Source of the DNA: an uncultured Solibacteraceae bacterium
Lineage (GTDB): Bacteria > Acidobacteriota > Terriglobia > Bryobacterales > Bryobacteraceae
Assembly (NCBI GenBank): GCA_964639135.1
Contig: CAZXBZ010000002.1
Coordinates: forward strand, 1 to 35,616
Direction of reading: 5' to 3'
Length of the DNA stretch: 35,616 nucleotides
The notes under the pieces are model-generated. The model was not told the origin of the DNA, did not search any database, and was given only the letters and a program-made list of their open reading frames with translations. How positions within the stretch are numbered: position 1 is the first letter of the stretch; each line of letters opens with the position of its first letter. The translations under genes and the position numbers were made by a program. Of this stretch, positions 24,507 through 33,097 are shown in pieces.

Positions 24507-25781
24507 ATGGAACGTGAGATTCCACATGCCGCTATCCCGTCGGCCGTCCCCGCCAGGGCTTCTTCCCTGCGCGGAGATTTTGCCTGGACTTTCGCCGGTA
24601 ACGCGGTGTACGCGGCGGGCCAGTGGGCTCTTTTGAGCCTTTTCGCCAAGCTGGGCGGCGCCGGGATGCTCGGGGAGTATGCGCTCGCCCTGGCCGTGGC
24701 CGCCCCCGTGGCCATGCTGGCTCACCTCAACCTGCGCTCCGTGCTGGCCACCGACGCCGGCGGCCGCCATCCCTTCGGCGATTACCTCGCAACGCGCCTT
24801 ATTGTTACCGCCCTTTCCCTCGTGGTGATCGCCGCGATCGCCGCCGTCACGGCGGATAGCTGGACGATGAAGGCCGCCATCGTCGCCGTCGGGCTCGCGC
24901 TCGCCTCCGAAGCGGTTAGCGACCTTTGCTATGGCGCGCTGCAGCGTCGCGACCGCATGCGCCAGGTGGCGATGTCGATGATGGCGCGCTCCCTGATATC
25001 CGTCACCGCGCTTGCCTTTGCGCTCTGGTTTACCGGCAGTCTGCTTGCCGGTGTGATCGCGCTCGCCGCCGGCCGGGTCGCGGTTCTGCTGTCTTACGAT
25101 CTTCCGGCCGGTTTGCGCGGCGAAGTGCTCGATCGCGCGGGTCTCGGCGCCACGAGAGAGATCTTCCTCACCGCGCTGCCTTTGGGGATGGTGCTGATGC
25201 TCATCTCGTTGAATACCAACCTGCCCCGCTACGTCATCGAAGGCCGCCTTGGCAGCGCGGAGCTTGGCGTATACGCGGGTGTTGTCTCCTTCATTACGGT
25301 GGGGAGTACCATGGCGAACGCGCTGGGCCAGAGCGCCACGGCTCGCCTCGCCCGCCATTTTCATCACCGGCGGTTCTCCGCCTTCCGGCGTCTCACCTGG
25401 AAGATGGCGGGTTTCATGCTGCTCATCGGCCTCGCCGGGGTTACGGTGGCTCAATTGGCCGGCGGCTTTATCCTGCGGCTGCTGTACCGGCCTGAATTCG
25501 CCGCCTACCAGCCCCTCCTGGTCGCGGCGATGGGTGTGGGCGCTTTGAGCTATCTCGCAATTTCGCTTGGCTATTCCGTCACCAGCGCCCGCGTCTTTCA
25601 CGCGCAACTGCCGTTGTTCGCGCTTTCCAGCGCGGCCTGCGGCATAGCCGCCTATCTCCTCGTTCCGCCTCTCGGGCTCTACGGGGGCGTGCTGGCGCTT
25701 GCCTGCGCGGCCCTGCTGCAAATCGCCGGGCAGTGCCTTATCCTCTTGTTCGCCCTGCGCCGCGCGGAGGCCGAAGGATGA
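24507..25781 (+). CDS. wzx: Polysaccharide/O-unit flippase (Wzx, MOP superfamily)
   Basis: About 12 predicted hydrophobic helices with short Arg-containing loops. N-terminal FAWTFAGNAVYAAGQWALLSLFAKLGG is typical of polysaccharide biosynthesis (PF01943/PF13440-type) proteins. It is the first gene of the overlapped glycan cluster. The start may be ATG 24507 or GTG 24462. Confidence 0.65.
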   Translation: MEREIPHAAIPSAVPARASSLRGDFAWTFAGNAVYAAGQWALLSLFAKLGGAGMLGEYALALAVAAPVAMLAHLNLRSVLATDAGGRHPFGDYLATRLIVTALSLVVIAAIAAVTADSWTMKAAIVAVGLALASEAVSDLCYGALQRRDRMRQVAMSMMARSLISVTALAFALWFTGSLLAGVIALAAGRVAVLLSYDLPAGLRGEVLDRAGLGATREIFLTALPLGMVLMLISLNTNLPRYVIEGRLGSAELGVYAGVVSFITVGSTMANALGQSATARLARHFHHRRFSAFRRLTWKMAGFMLLIGLAGVTVAQLAGGFILRLLYRPEFAAYQPLLVAAMGVGALSYLAISLGYSVTSARVFHAQLPLFALSSAACGIAAYLLVPPLGLYGGVLALACAALLQIAGQCLILLFALRRAEAEG

Positions 25782-26998
25782 GAGCCGCCGCGGGCAGCGT
25801 TCGTCCGGTGGACGCGGACTCGATCCTCGAGCGTGCCGCGTGGCTTCCGCTCTGTATCCTCGTCTTCACGCTGCCCTGGGAGAAAGCGATCCTTTTCCCC
25901 ATGGTCGGTAGTATCTCGAGGGCGGCGGGGATTGTCGCGTTCGTGGCGGCCATGCCGGCCCTATGGCGGCGCGGCGCGCCGCGTCCCCTAAACCTTGCGC
26001 TTGTCTTCGGGGCGGCCTTCATTGCGTGGTCCGCCGCCAGTTGGTTCTGGAGCCTCGATCGCCCCGCGAGTCTCGCTAAATCCGCCACTCTCGCGCAGGT
26101 CTGGCTGATGGCCTGGCTCCTCTGGGAATTCGCCCGGAGCGCCATGCGCCAGCGGCGGCTTATGGCGGTCTACCTCGCCGGAGCCGTTGTGGGGTCCGCC
26201 ATCGGCCTCGCGCGCTACGCGCTGCATCTGCAAACCTACTATCGCCGCTACGCCGCGACCGGTTTTGATCCGAACGATTTTGGCTTGCTGCTCGCGCTCT
26301 CTCTGCCCATGGCGCTTTATCTCGGCCTTCAGTCGCGCGGCTGGCGGCGCTGTCTTCCTTACCTGGCGGCCGCTTTGGTGATTGCCGCTATTCTGCTCAC
26401 CGCTTCCCGTACCGCGCTCATCGCCAGTTTCGTCTCATTCGCCCTTATCCCGTGGACCTGGCGCGACGCCCCGCTCTTTCAGCGAGCCGCGTCGCTGGCT
26501 CTCTTCGCCTTCCTCTTGCTCAATCTCGCCGACTTCGCTCCCGCTTCATCCCGTGAGCGTCTCGCCACCATTCCGAAAGAAGCCGCCTACGGCTCCATCA
26601 ACTCCCGGAAGCAAATATGGAAAAGCGGCGCGCGGGTCTGGATCGAGCGCCCGTGGGCGGGCACCGGCACGGGAGCCTACCCGGAAGCGGTGCGCCCGCA
26701 ATTAGGGACGCCCTCGGTCCCAGGCGCTCGTTACGTTGCCCACAATACGCCGCTTTCCGTGCTTGTCGAAACGGGGATCGCCGGCTTCATCCCGTGGGGC
26801 GCGATGCTCATGGCTCTTGCCGCCTTCACCTGGATGATGCCCCCGCCGGAGCGCGCCTGCTGCGCCGTGCTGCTCGCGGTCTGGGCCACCGGCGTTTCGA
26901 CGCTCACCTGGGAGCACTATAAGGGCACATGGCTCGTCTTCGCGCTTGTGATGCTTGCCTGGCCCCACGCGTTCTCGCGGAAGGAGCGCGCCGCATGA
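25778..26998 (+). CDS. wzy: O-antigen ligase/polymerase family membrane protein (Wzy_C domain)
   Basis: Polytopic membrane protein with LLTASRTALIASF and a periplasmic loop WAGTGTGAYPEA characteristic of Wzy_C. ATG 25778 overlaps the wzx stop (ATGA). Confidence 0.6.
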   Translation: MRAAAGSVRPVDADSILERAAWLPLCILVFTLPWEKAILFPMVGSISRAAGIVAFVAAMPALWRRGAPRPLNLALVFGAAFIAWSAASWFWSLDRPASLAKSATLAQVWLMAWLLWEFARSAMRQRRLMAVYLAGAVVGSAIGLARYALHLQTYYRRYAATGFDPNDFGLLLALSLPMALYLGLQSRGWRRCLPYLAAALVIAAILLTASRTALIASFVSFALIPWTWRDAPLFQRAASLALFAFLLLNLADFAPASSRERLATIPKEAAYGSINSRKQIWKSGARVWIERPWAGTGTGAYPEAVRPQLGTPSVPGARYVAHNTPLSVLVETGIAGFIPWGAMLMALAAFTWMMPPPERACCAVLLAVWATGVSTLTWEHYKGTWLVFALVMLAWPHAFSRKERAA

Positions 26999-28107
26999 GG
27001 ATCCGGGTGCTTGAGGTTCTTGCCACGCTCAAGCGCGCTGGCGCCGAGCGCATGGCCGTCTCGCTTGCCCGCGGGCTCGATCGCTCCCGCTTCGAGGTTC
27101 GCGTCGTTTCGCTCTACGATGCCTTCCCTGGCGGCTTCGAGCCCGTCCTCGGCGAGTGCGGCGTCCCCGCTGCGCACCTGGCGAAGCGCCGCGGTTTCGA
27201 TCCGCGAATGTATCCGCGCCTCCGCCGGATCCTCCGGGAATTCCGGCCCGGCATTTTGCACACACACTCCTACGTGATGCGATACACCTTCCCCGCCGGC
27301 CTCGCCGCGCGGACGCCCGTCATGGTGCATACGGTCCACAACGTCGCTCGCAACGAAACGGATCGCCTGGGCCGGATGCTCCACCGCGCGGCCTACCGCC
27401 GGGGCGTGGTTCCCGTCGCCGTCGGGGAGGAGGTGGCCCGCTCTTTTGAGGATTATTACGGCTTCGCGCCCCGCGCCGTCATTCCCAACGGAATCGATCT
27501 CTCCCCTTACCGACAGACGCCGGACGCCGCGGCCTGGAAGCGTGCCCGAGGCTTTGCGGAAACGGAGCGCCTGGCGGTTTCCGTGGCCCGGCTCGATCCT
27601 CAGAAAGATCCCGCGGCACTCCTGGAAGCCTTCGCGAAAGCCCTTGGCGCGCATCCCGAATGGAGCCTCGTCTTTGCCGGCGATGGCGGTCTGCGCGGCG
27701 AGTTGGAACAGGCAGCCGGAAGGCTTGGGATGTCGAAGCGCGTTCGCTTCCTTGGGGTTATTCCGGATGTGGCCGGGTTGCTCCAGGCGGCCGACCTCTT
27801 TGTTCTTGCCTCGCGCTGGGAAGGCACTCCGCTTGCCGTGATGGAAGCCATGGCGGCGGGCCTGCCCGTGATCGCTACCCGCGTGGGAGGGGTGCCCGGC
27901 CTGGTGGAAGACGGTGTGAGCGGTCTCCTCGTTGAACCCGGCGATCCGCGGCGATTTGCCGGGGCCGTCGCTCAAGTCGCCCTGAATGAAGAGAAGCGCA
28001 AGGCGTTCGGCGAGGCCGCCCGGCGGCAAGCCGCTCGCTTCGGCGTGGAGGCGATGGTGGCTTCCTACGCGGCGTTATTCGAGGAATGCGCGCGAGGCCG
28101 CTCATGA
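26995..28107 (+). CDS. Glycosyltransferase family 4
   Basis: MRIRVLEVLATLKRAGAERM N-terminus. EX7E region ASRWEGTPLAVMEAMAAGLPVIATRVGGVPGLVEDGVSGLLVEPGDP. ATGA overlap with the wzy stop. Confidence 0.8.
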   Translation: MRIRVLEVLATLKRAGAERMAVSLARGLDRSRFEVRVVSLYDAFPGGFEPVLGECGVPAAHLAKRRGFDPRMYPRLRRILREFRPGILHTHSYVMRYTFPAGLAARTPVMVHTVHNVARNETDRLGRMLHRAAYRRGVVPVAVGEEVARSFEDYYGFAPRAVIPNGIDLSPYRQTPDAAAWKRARGFAETERLAVSVARLDPQKDPAALLEAFAKALGAHPEWSLVFAGDGGLRGELEQAAGRLGMSKRVRFLGVIPDVAGLLQAADLFVLASRWEGTPLAVMEAMAAGLPVIATRVGGVPGLVEDGVSGLLVEPGDPRRFAGAVAQVALNEEKRKAFGEAARRQAARFGVEAMVASYAALFEECARGRS

Positions 28108-29252
28108 GCGTTCCCGCCCAGCCCCTGCGTATTGTGCTTCTCTCCACCGGTCTCGCCGTGGGCGGCGCGGAGATGCAGGTCGCCGAACTTGCCATTGAGC
28201 TTCGCCGCCGCGGCCACGCCGTCAGAGTAGTCTCGATGCTCCCCCCCGCCGCCTTCACCGGGGCTCTCGAAAGCGCCGGTATCCCCGTGTCCTCGCTTGG
28301 CATGCGGCCCGGCCGTCCGGGCTTGATGGCTTTTTTGCGCTTCCTCGATCTGCTGCGCCGGGAACGCCCATGCGTCCTCCACGCGCACCTCTTCCATGCC
28401 AACCTGCTGGCACGCCTCGCCCGCCTCATCGCGCCCGTGCCCGTTGTCATCTCCACCATTCACAGCCTCGCGGAGAGCCGCCGCGCGTCGGCGAAGGTGC
28501 GCCTGCGCGACTGCCTGTACCGTCTCACCGATGCCCTCGGCGCCCGCACGGTCTCCGTCAGCCGCGCCGTCGCCGCCCGCCATCTTGCCAGCCGTGCCGT
28601 TTCCACACATCGCTCGTTGGTCATCCCGAACGGCGCGCGTCCGGAAGTTTTCAAAGCCGTTCCCGAAGACCGCGCCCGCCTGCGCGAAAGCCTCGGCCTG
28701 GGTGAAGGCTTCGTCTGGCTCGCCGCCGGCCGTCTGATGTGGAAAAAAGACTATGCTACGATGCTCTTGGCGATGGCTCGGCGGCCCGGCGGGACGCTCC
28801 TGATCGCGGGCGAAGGCCCGCTCGAGCCAGAATTGCGAGCCCAGGCCGGAGCGCTGAATCTGCCCGTTTGTTTCCTGGGGCTGCGTGGCGATATCCCCCA
28901 ACTCATGAACGCCGCCGACGGCTTTGTGCTCTCGTCGGTGGTTGAGGGCTTGCCCATGGTGCTGATTGAAGCGGCGTTCGCGGGCTTGCCCGCGGTGGCG
29001 GCGGATGCGGGCGGCGTCCGGGAGGTTGTTCTCGATGGCGAGAGCGGCTTCGTCGCGCCGCCAGGGGACCCCGCGGCGCTCGCCTCCGCCATGGGCCGTC
29101 TGGCCGCCATGCCCGTTGAAGCTCGCCGCGCCATGGGCCGCGCGGCGCGGCAAAACGCCATCCGCCGCTTCAGTATTTCCGAAGTGGCCGCTCAATGGGA
29201 GAGCTTGTATCGCGAATGTCTTCTCGAGTCGGAACAACGCCTCCTGCCATGA
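28104..29252 (+). CDS. Glycosyltransferase family 4
   Basis: LRIVLLSTGLAVGGAEMQV N-terminus. EX7E region SSVVEGLPMVLIEAAFAGLPAVAADAGGVREVVLDGESGFVAPPGDP. ATGA overlap with the upstream stop. Confidence 0.8.
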   Translation: MSVPAQPLRIVLLSTGLAVGGAEMQVAELAIELRRRGHAVRVVSMLPPAAFTGALESAGIPVSSLGMRPGRPGLMAFLRFLDLLRRERPCVLHAHLFHANLLARLARLIAPVPVVISTIHSLAESRRASAKVRLRDCLYRLTDALGARTVSVSRAVAARHLASRAVSTHRSLVIPNGARPEVFKAVPEDRARLRESLGLGEGFVWLAAGRLMWKKDYATMLLAMARRPGGTLLIAGEGPLEPELRAQAGALNLPVCFLGLRGDIPQLMNAADGFVLSSVVEGLPMVLIEAAFAGLPAVAADAGGVREVVLDGESGFVAPPGDPAALASAMGRLAAMPVEARRAMGRAARQNAIRRFSISEVAAQWESLYRECLLESEQRLLP

Positions 29253-30037
29253 GTGCCCCGCCCGCGCTCGACGTCACGAACCGCTTCGTCCTCGATTTCG
29301 CCCGCCGCTGCCATGAGCGGCAGCCCGGCGCGCGTATTCTCGATTACGGCTGCGGGGCCGGCCGTCTTGTGCAATCGGGCCTAGCCCAGGGTCTCGCCAT
29401 CGAGGGCGTGGATGTCTTCTACGCGGGCTCCACCACACGGGAGGAAGCGGCCGCCTCGGGGCTGCTCGGAAACAGGATTCAAGAGATGATGGAAGGGCGG
29501 ATGCCTTACCCCGATTCGAGCTTCCATCTCATCGTGAATAACCAGGTTATGGAGCATGTCGCGGATCTCGATGCCACTCTCCGCGAAATTCACCGCGTCC
29601 TGGCTCCCGGAGGGCTCGTGCTCAGCCTCTTCCCCTCCGCCGATGTTTTCCGCGAAGGCCACATCGGTATCCCCTTTTCCCACTGGATGAAGCGCGGCTC
29701 GGTTTTCCGTTTCCATTACACCTGGGCGCTCCGTTCGCTCGGCCTCGGCACGTGGGTGGAGCAGGCGCCCAGTGGCGGGCGGTGGGCCGCCGATAAGCTC
29801 GAGTGGATTGACCGTTTCACCGTATACCGCTCGCGCGCCGAAATCTTCTCCGCCTATGGGCGCTACTTCTCGAACGAGCTGATCGAGGAGCGGTATATCC
29901 GCTACCGCCTTCTCGACCGCCCCGGACGCCGGTGGGTCGTGAACTTCTTGCGTCTTCCGTGGATGATGCCCGCCGCCAAGGCCGTTTTCCGCAAGCTGGC
30001 CTTTCTCGTCATCCTCTCCCGCAAGGAGAGCCGGTGA
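29249..30037 (+). CDS. Class I SAM-dependent methyltransferase
   Basis: SAM motif I ILDYGCGAGRLV, post-I acidic residue, and motif II/III FHLIVNNQVMEHV...LAPGGLVL. ATGA overlap with the upstream stop. Confidence 0.8.
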   Translation: MSAPPALDVTNRFVLDFARRCHERQPGARILDYGCGAGRLVQSGLAQGLAIEGVDVFYAGSTTREEAAASGLLGNRIQEMMEGRMPYPDSSFHLIVNNQVMEHVADLDATLREIHRVLAPGGLVLSLFPSADVFREGHIGIPFSHWMKRGSVFRFHYTWALRSLGLGTWVEQAPSGGRWAADKLEWIDRFTVYRSRAEIFSAYGRYFSNELIEERYIRYRLLDRPGRRWVVNFLRLPWMMPAAKAVFRKLAFLVILSRKESR

Positions 30038-31857
30038 AGCTGGCTTATGTGATCACCCGCGCCGATGCCGTCGGCGGCGCCAGCATCCATGTGCGAGATC
30101 TCGCGCGCGAGATGATTGCCCGCGGGCACGAAGTCACCGTCCTCGTCGGTGGCACGGGCCCGGTTACCCGCCAGATGGAAGCCGCGGACGTCCCCTTCCA
30201 GAGCCTCCGCTTCCTTGCAAGAAGCATTCACCCGGTCCGCGATTTCCTCGCCCTCCGGGAACTCACGGCGACCCTTCGAACGCTCGCGCCGGATCTCGTT
30301 TCGCTCCACACCGCGAAAGCCGGCCTCCTCGGGCGTCTCGCTTGCCGTAAGCTCGGCATTCCATGTATCCATACGCCTCACGGTCTTGCCGTCGGAACCC
30401 GGATTTCACCGATTCTTGGCCCTCTGTTCACCGTGCTCGAGCGCCTGGCGGCGCATTCGTGCGCGGCCATCGTCTGCGTCTCCGAGGCCGAAAAGCGTCT
30501 TGCGCTGGCGAAACGTATCGCACCGCCAGGACGTTTGCGCGTTATCTACAACGGCATGCCGGATCTCGGTGAAGAGAGCCTTGCCCGCCCCGCCGAGGAG
30601 CCTCCCCGCGTCTGCTCGGTGGCCCGTCTGGACGCTCCGAAGGATCACGAAACCCTTTTTCTGGCGCTCGCCGCGCTGGTGCATCTTCCATGGACGCTCG
30701 AACTCGTGGGCAGCGGCCCGCGCGAACGGAAACTCCGCGCTCTCGCCGAATCTCTGAACTTGGAGGAACGCATCATCTGGAGGGGGTATCTCCCGTCTTC
30801 CGCCAGTTCCCTTTCGCGCGCGGGGCTTTTCGTTCTTGCGTCGCGTTCCGAAGCCTTTCCGCGAAGCATCCTCGAAGCAATGAGAGCCGGATTGCCGGTG
30901 ATTGCATCCGATGTAGGAGGGGTGGCGGAGGCGCTAACGGATGGTGAATCGGGCCTGCTCGTACCGCCGGGAGATCCGGAAGCGCTCGCGGCGGCACTCG
31001 AAAGATTGCTGAAAAATGCACCCCTCCGGCAACGTATGGGTCTGGCGGCGCGTCAGAGCTTCTACAGCCGCTTCCTCTTCGGAAGGATGGCGGAAGCGAC
31101 GAGCGGGCTTTATGACGAAGCAGTCCGCGGCACGAAACAGGGGAACGGCATGGGACACTTAACAACCGGGCTCAATCTCACCCAGCGCGACGCGCTGCTT
31201 GCGCCCGTGTCTTCGTCCGCCCCTCGCGGCGGCCTTCTTGAAGGCGCGGGTCCGGCGGTCAAGCGCTTTCTCGATGTCGTCTTTGCCCTCGTGCTGGTTC
31301 TCGTCGCGCTGCCCTTCGCGGTTGTGATCGCCTGCGCGATTTTTCTCGAATCAGGCGGCCCCATTTTTTTCAAGCAGAGCCGGATCGGCCAGGGGAACCG
31401 CCGTTTCTCCCTTTGGAAGTTTCGTTCCATGGCGCGGGACAGCGCGGAATTGCTTGAAAGCTATCTCGACGCGCATCCGGATCTGCGCGCGGAGTGGGAA
31501 GCGACCCATAAGCTCAAGGACGATCCGCGCGTCACTCACGTCGGACGCTTTCTCCGCCGCCGCAGCCTCGATGAGTTACCGCAGCTTTGGAACGTCCTTC
31601 GCGGCGTTATGAGCCTCATCGGCCCCCGTCCGATCGTGGACGAGGAAGTTCCGAAATTCGGCCGCGCCTTTGCCCTGTACCTCAAAGTGAAGCCCGGCCT
31701 TACGGGCTTGTGGCAGGTCTCCGGGCGCAGCGACACCAGCTACCGCCGGCGCGTCGAGCTCGATTCCCGCTACATCCGTCACTGGACCCTGGGCCTCGAC
31801 GTGAAAATTCTCTGGAAGACCATCGGCGTCGTCCTGCGCGCGCACGGCGCTTACTGA
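30034..31857 (+). CDS. Fusion protein: N-terminal GT4 glycosyltransferase plus C-terminal monotopic phosphoglycosyl transferase (bacterial sugar transferase, PglC/WbaP-C type)
   Basis: GT4 part ~30034-31130 ([19 protein letters not shown]; [47 protein letters not shown]). Linker ~31131-31257. PGT part from 31258 ([22 protein letters not shown] re-entrant helix, [39 protein letters not shown]). One uninterrupted frame. GTG 30034 overlaps the upstream stop (GTGA). Confidence 0.8.
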   Translation: MKLAYVITRADAVGGASIHVRDLAREMIARGHEVTVLVGGTGPVTRQMEAADVPFQSLRFLARSIHPVRDFLALRELTATLRTLAPDLVSLHTAKAGLLGRLACRKLGIPCIHTPHGLAVGTRISPILGPLFTVLERLAAHSCAAIVCVSEAEKRLALAKRIAPPGRLRVIYNGMPDLGEESLARPAEEPPRVCSVARLDAPKDHETLFLALAALVHLPWTLELVGSGPRERKLRALAESLNLEERIIWRGYLPSSASSLSRAGLFVLASRSEAFPRSILEAMRAGLPVIASDVGGVAEALTDGESGLLVPPGDPEALAAALERLLKNAPLRQRMGLAARQSFYSRFLFGRMAEATSGLYDEAVRGTKQGNGMGHLTTGLNLTQRDALLAPVSSSAPRGGLLEGAGPAVKRFLDVVFALVLVLVALPFAVVIACAIFLESGGPIFFKQSRIGQGNRRFSLWKFRSMARDSAELLESYLDAHPDLRAEWEATHKLKDDPRVTHVGRFLRRRSLDELPQLWNVLRGVMSLIGPRPIVDEEVPKFGRAFALYLKVKPGLTGLWQVSGRSDTSYRRRVELDSRYIRHWTLGLDVKILWKTIGVVLRAHGAY

Positions 31858-31986
31858 CGCGCGCGGCTTATTGCCCGTCCCCGCTCCGTTCGCACTCTCT
31901 CTTCGGTGGCAAGGCGTTTCTCTCCGGCGTCGCGCCGCGAGGAGGCCGGGCGGCGGCGTACAGCCTCTTCGCCCGGCACGCTATTC

Positions 31987-32322
31987 TTACCGGTCCGCCA
32001 GTGCGATGTGGTCCGTCTTGATGATCCCGGTTTTCTCATAGAGCGTTCCCGTGACCTTGACCTTCTTGGCGGCGAAAGCTTCGGGCGCTTTCTGATCGCT
32101 CAGCACGTACATTTTCTCGCCGACGAGCAGGGCGTATTTGAACTTGCCCTTCGACGTGCGAACGCAATCGCGAACGCATTTTTCGTCCGGGCTCACCCCC
32201 ATGTGCGCGTGGTCCTTGCCGCACATCGTATCGGTGATCATGCCCGTGAACGTCTGGGTTTTGGTCTGTGCTCCGAGAAGCGCGGCGCTTGCCAGCGCGA
32301 GAAAAAGAAAGAGTTGTTTCAT
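31987..32322 (-). CDS. Small exported protein with a Cys/His/Met-rich segment, unknown function
   Basis: Signal peptide MKQLFLFLALASAALLGA-QT. GAGGA lies 7 nt upstream of ATG 32322. Segment GMITDTMCGKDHAHMGVSPDEKCVRDC, then a beta-rich tail (KYALLVGEKMYVL...KVKVTGTLYEKTGIIKTDHI). Confidence 0.6.
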   Translation of the reverse strand: MKQLFLFLALASAALLGAQTKTQTFTGMITDTMCGKDHAHMGVSPDEKCVRDCVRTSKGKFKYALLVGEKMYVLSDQKAPEAFAAKKVKVTGTLYEKTGIIKTDHIALADR

Positions 32323-32356
32323 GTAGTTATCCTCGTCAAGTGATTCGATGGATTGT

Positions 32357-33097
32357 TTATTCGATGCCCCTGAAGCGCAGCCGGGTACCATGCGCGCGTT
32401 CCATGGCGCGCCACAGTTCCCGGTATTGCCCCGCTTCGAGAGGCTGTTTGAGTTGAAAAAGAAACGAACGGTAGCCGCCCTCGTCCGACTGCGCCCGCTC
32501 GGGAACCGTCACGGCCAGCGAGAGCGGCCCTGTTTGCGCGATGGTCGAGATCGCCGCCACCGGCCAGGCACGGCTTTCACCATCTGGCTCGGCATTGAAA
32601 ATCAGATCCTCTCCCGTGAAGATCAGGGCGCCTTCCACACCCTTGATGAGCCCCGTTCTCTTCGCTGGAATCCGCCATCGCACCGCCGCGGGATCGAGGA
32701 GCGCCTCCTCTGTCCGGAGCGCGTCGATCATCCGTTCTCCGAGCATGTTCCGCAGCAGGGGCGCTATGCCGCCAAAGGTCGCGTCCTTTCCCTCCAGCCG
32801 GAAACGCAGCGTCCGGTCTCGCCCCAACTGCCACGTCACGTCGTGGTAAGTCACAATCTCGATCTCCCAGTCGGCCAGAGTCAGTTGCTGGATGTCATCC
32901 CATCGCAGCAATTGCGGCTTCACCTCCTGGTTCTTCTTGCTCATGCGCGTAAATTGAATGCCGTCACTCCTTGCGGAAAGCGTGCCCCGCTGGCCGCGCC
33001 AGAATGCCCGCGCGTGCGTCACCTTCCAAGGCCCGACTGTCTCGGTGGCGGATAAACCCATCGGACAGAGCAAACACAAAACCATCAGCCATCTCAT
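32357..33097 (-). CDS. Exported protein of unknown function (two similar PH/GRAM-like halves by pattern)
   Basis: Signal peptide MRWLMVLCLLCPMGLSA-TE. ATG 33097-33095 overlaps the cusA stop 33096-33094 (ATGA). The composition is protein-like. I recognise no named family. Confidence 0.55.
   Translation of the reverse strand: MRWLMVLCLLCPMGLSATETVGPWKVTHARAFWRGQRGTLSARSDGIQFTRMSKKNQEVKPQLLRWDDIQQLTLADWEIEIVTYHDVTWQLGRDRTLRFRLEGKDATFGGIAPLLRNMLGERMIDALRTEEALLDPAAVRWRIPAKRTGLIKGVEGALIFTGEDLIFNAEPDGESRAWPVAAISTIAQTGPLSLAVTVPERAQSDEGGYRSFLFQLKQPLEAGQYRELWRAMERAHGTRLRFRGIE

Noticed and set aside
24504-29237. Long minus-strand ORFs (405, 370 and 390 aa) opposite wzx, wzy and the GT4 genes
   Set aside because: All are antisense to genes with membrane-protein or EX7E signatures. 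Their translations are Arg/Gly/His-rich and not protein-like.
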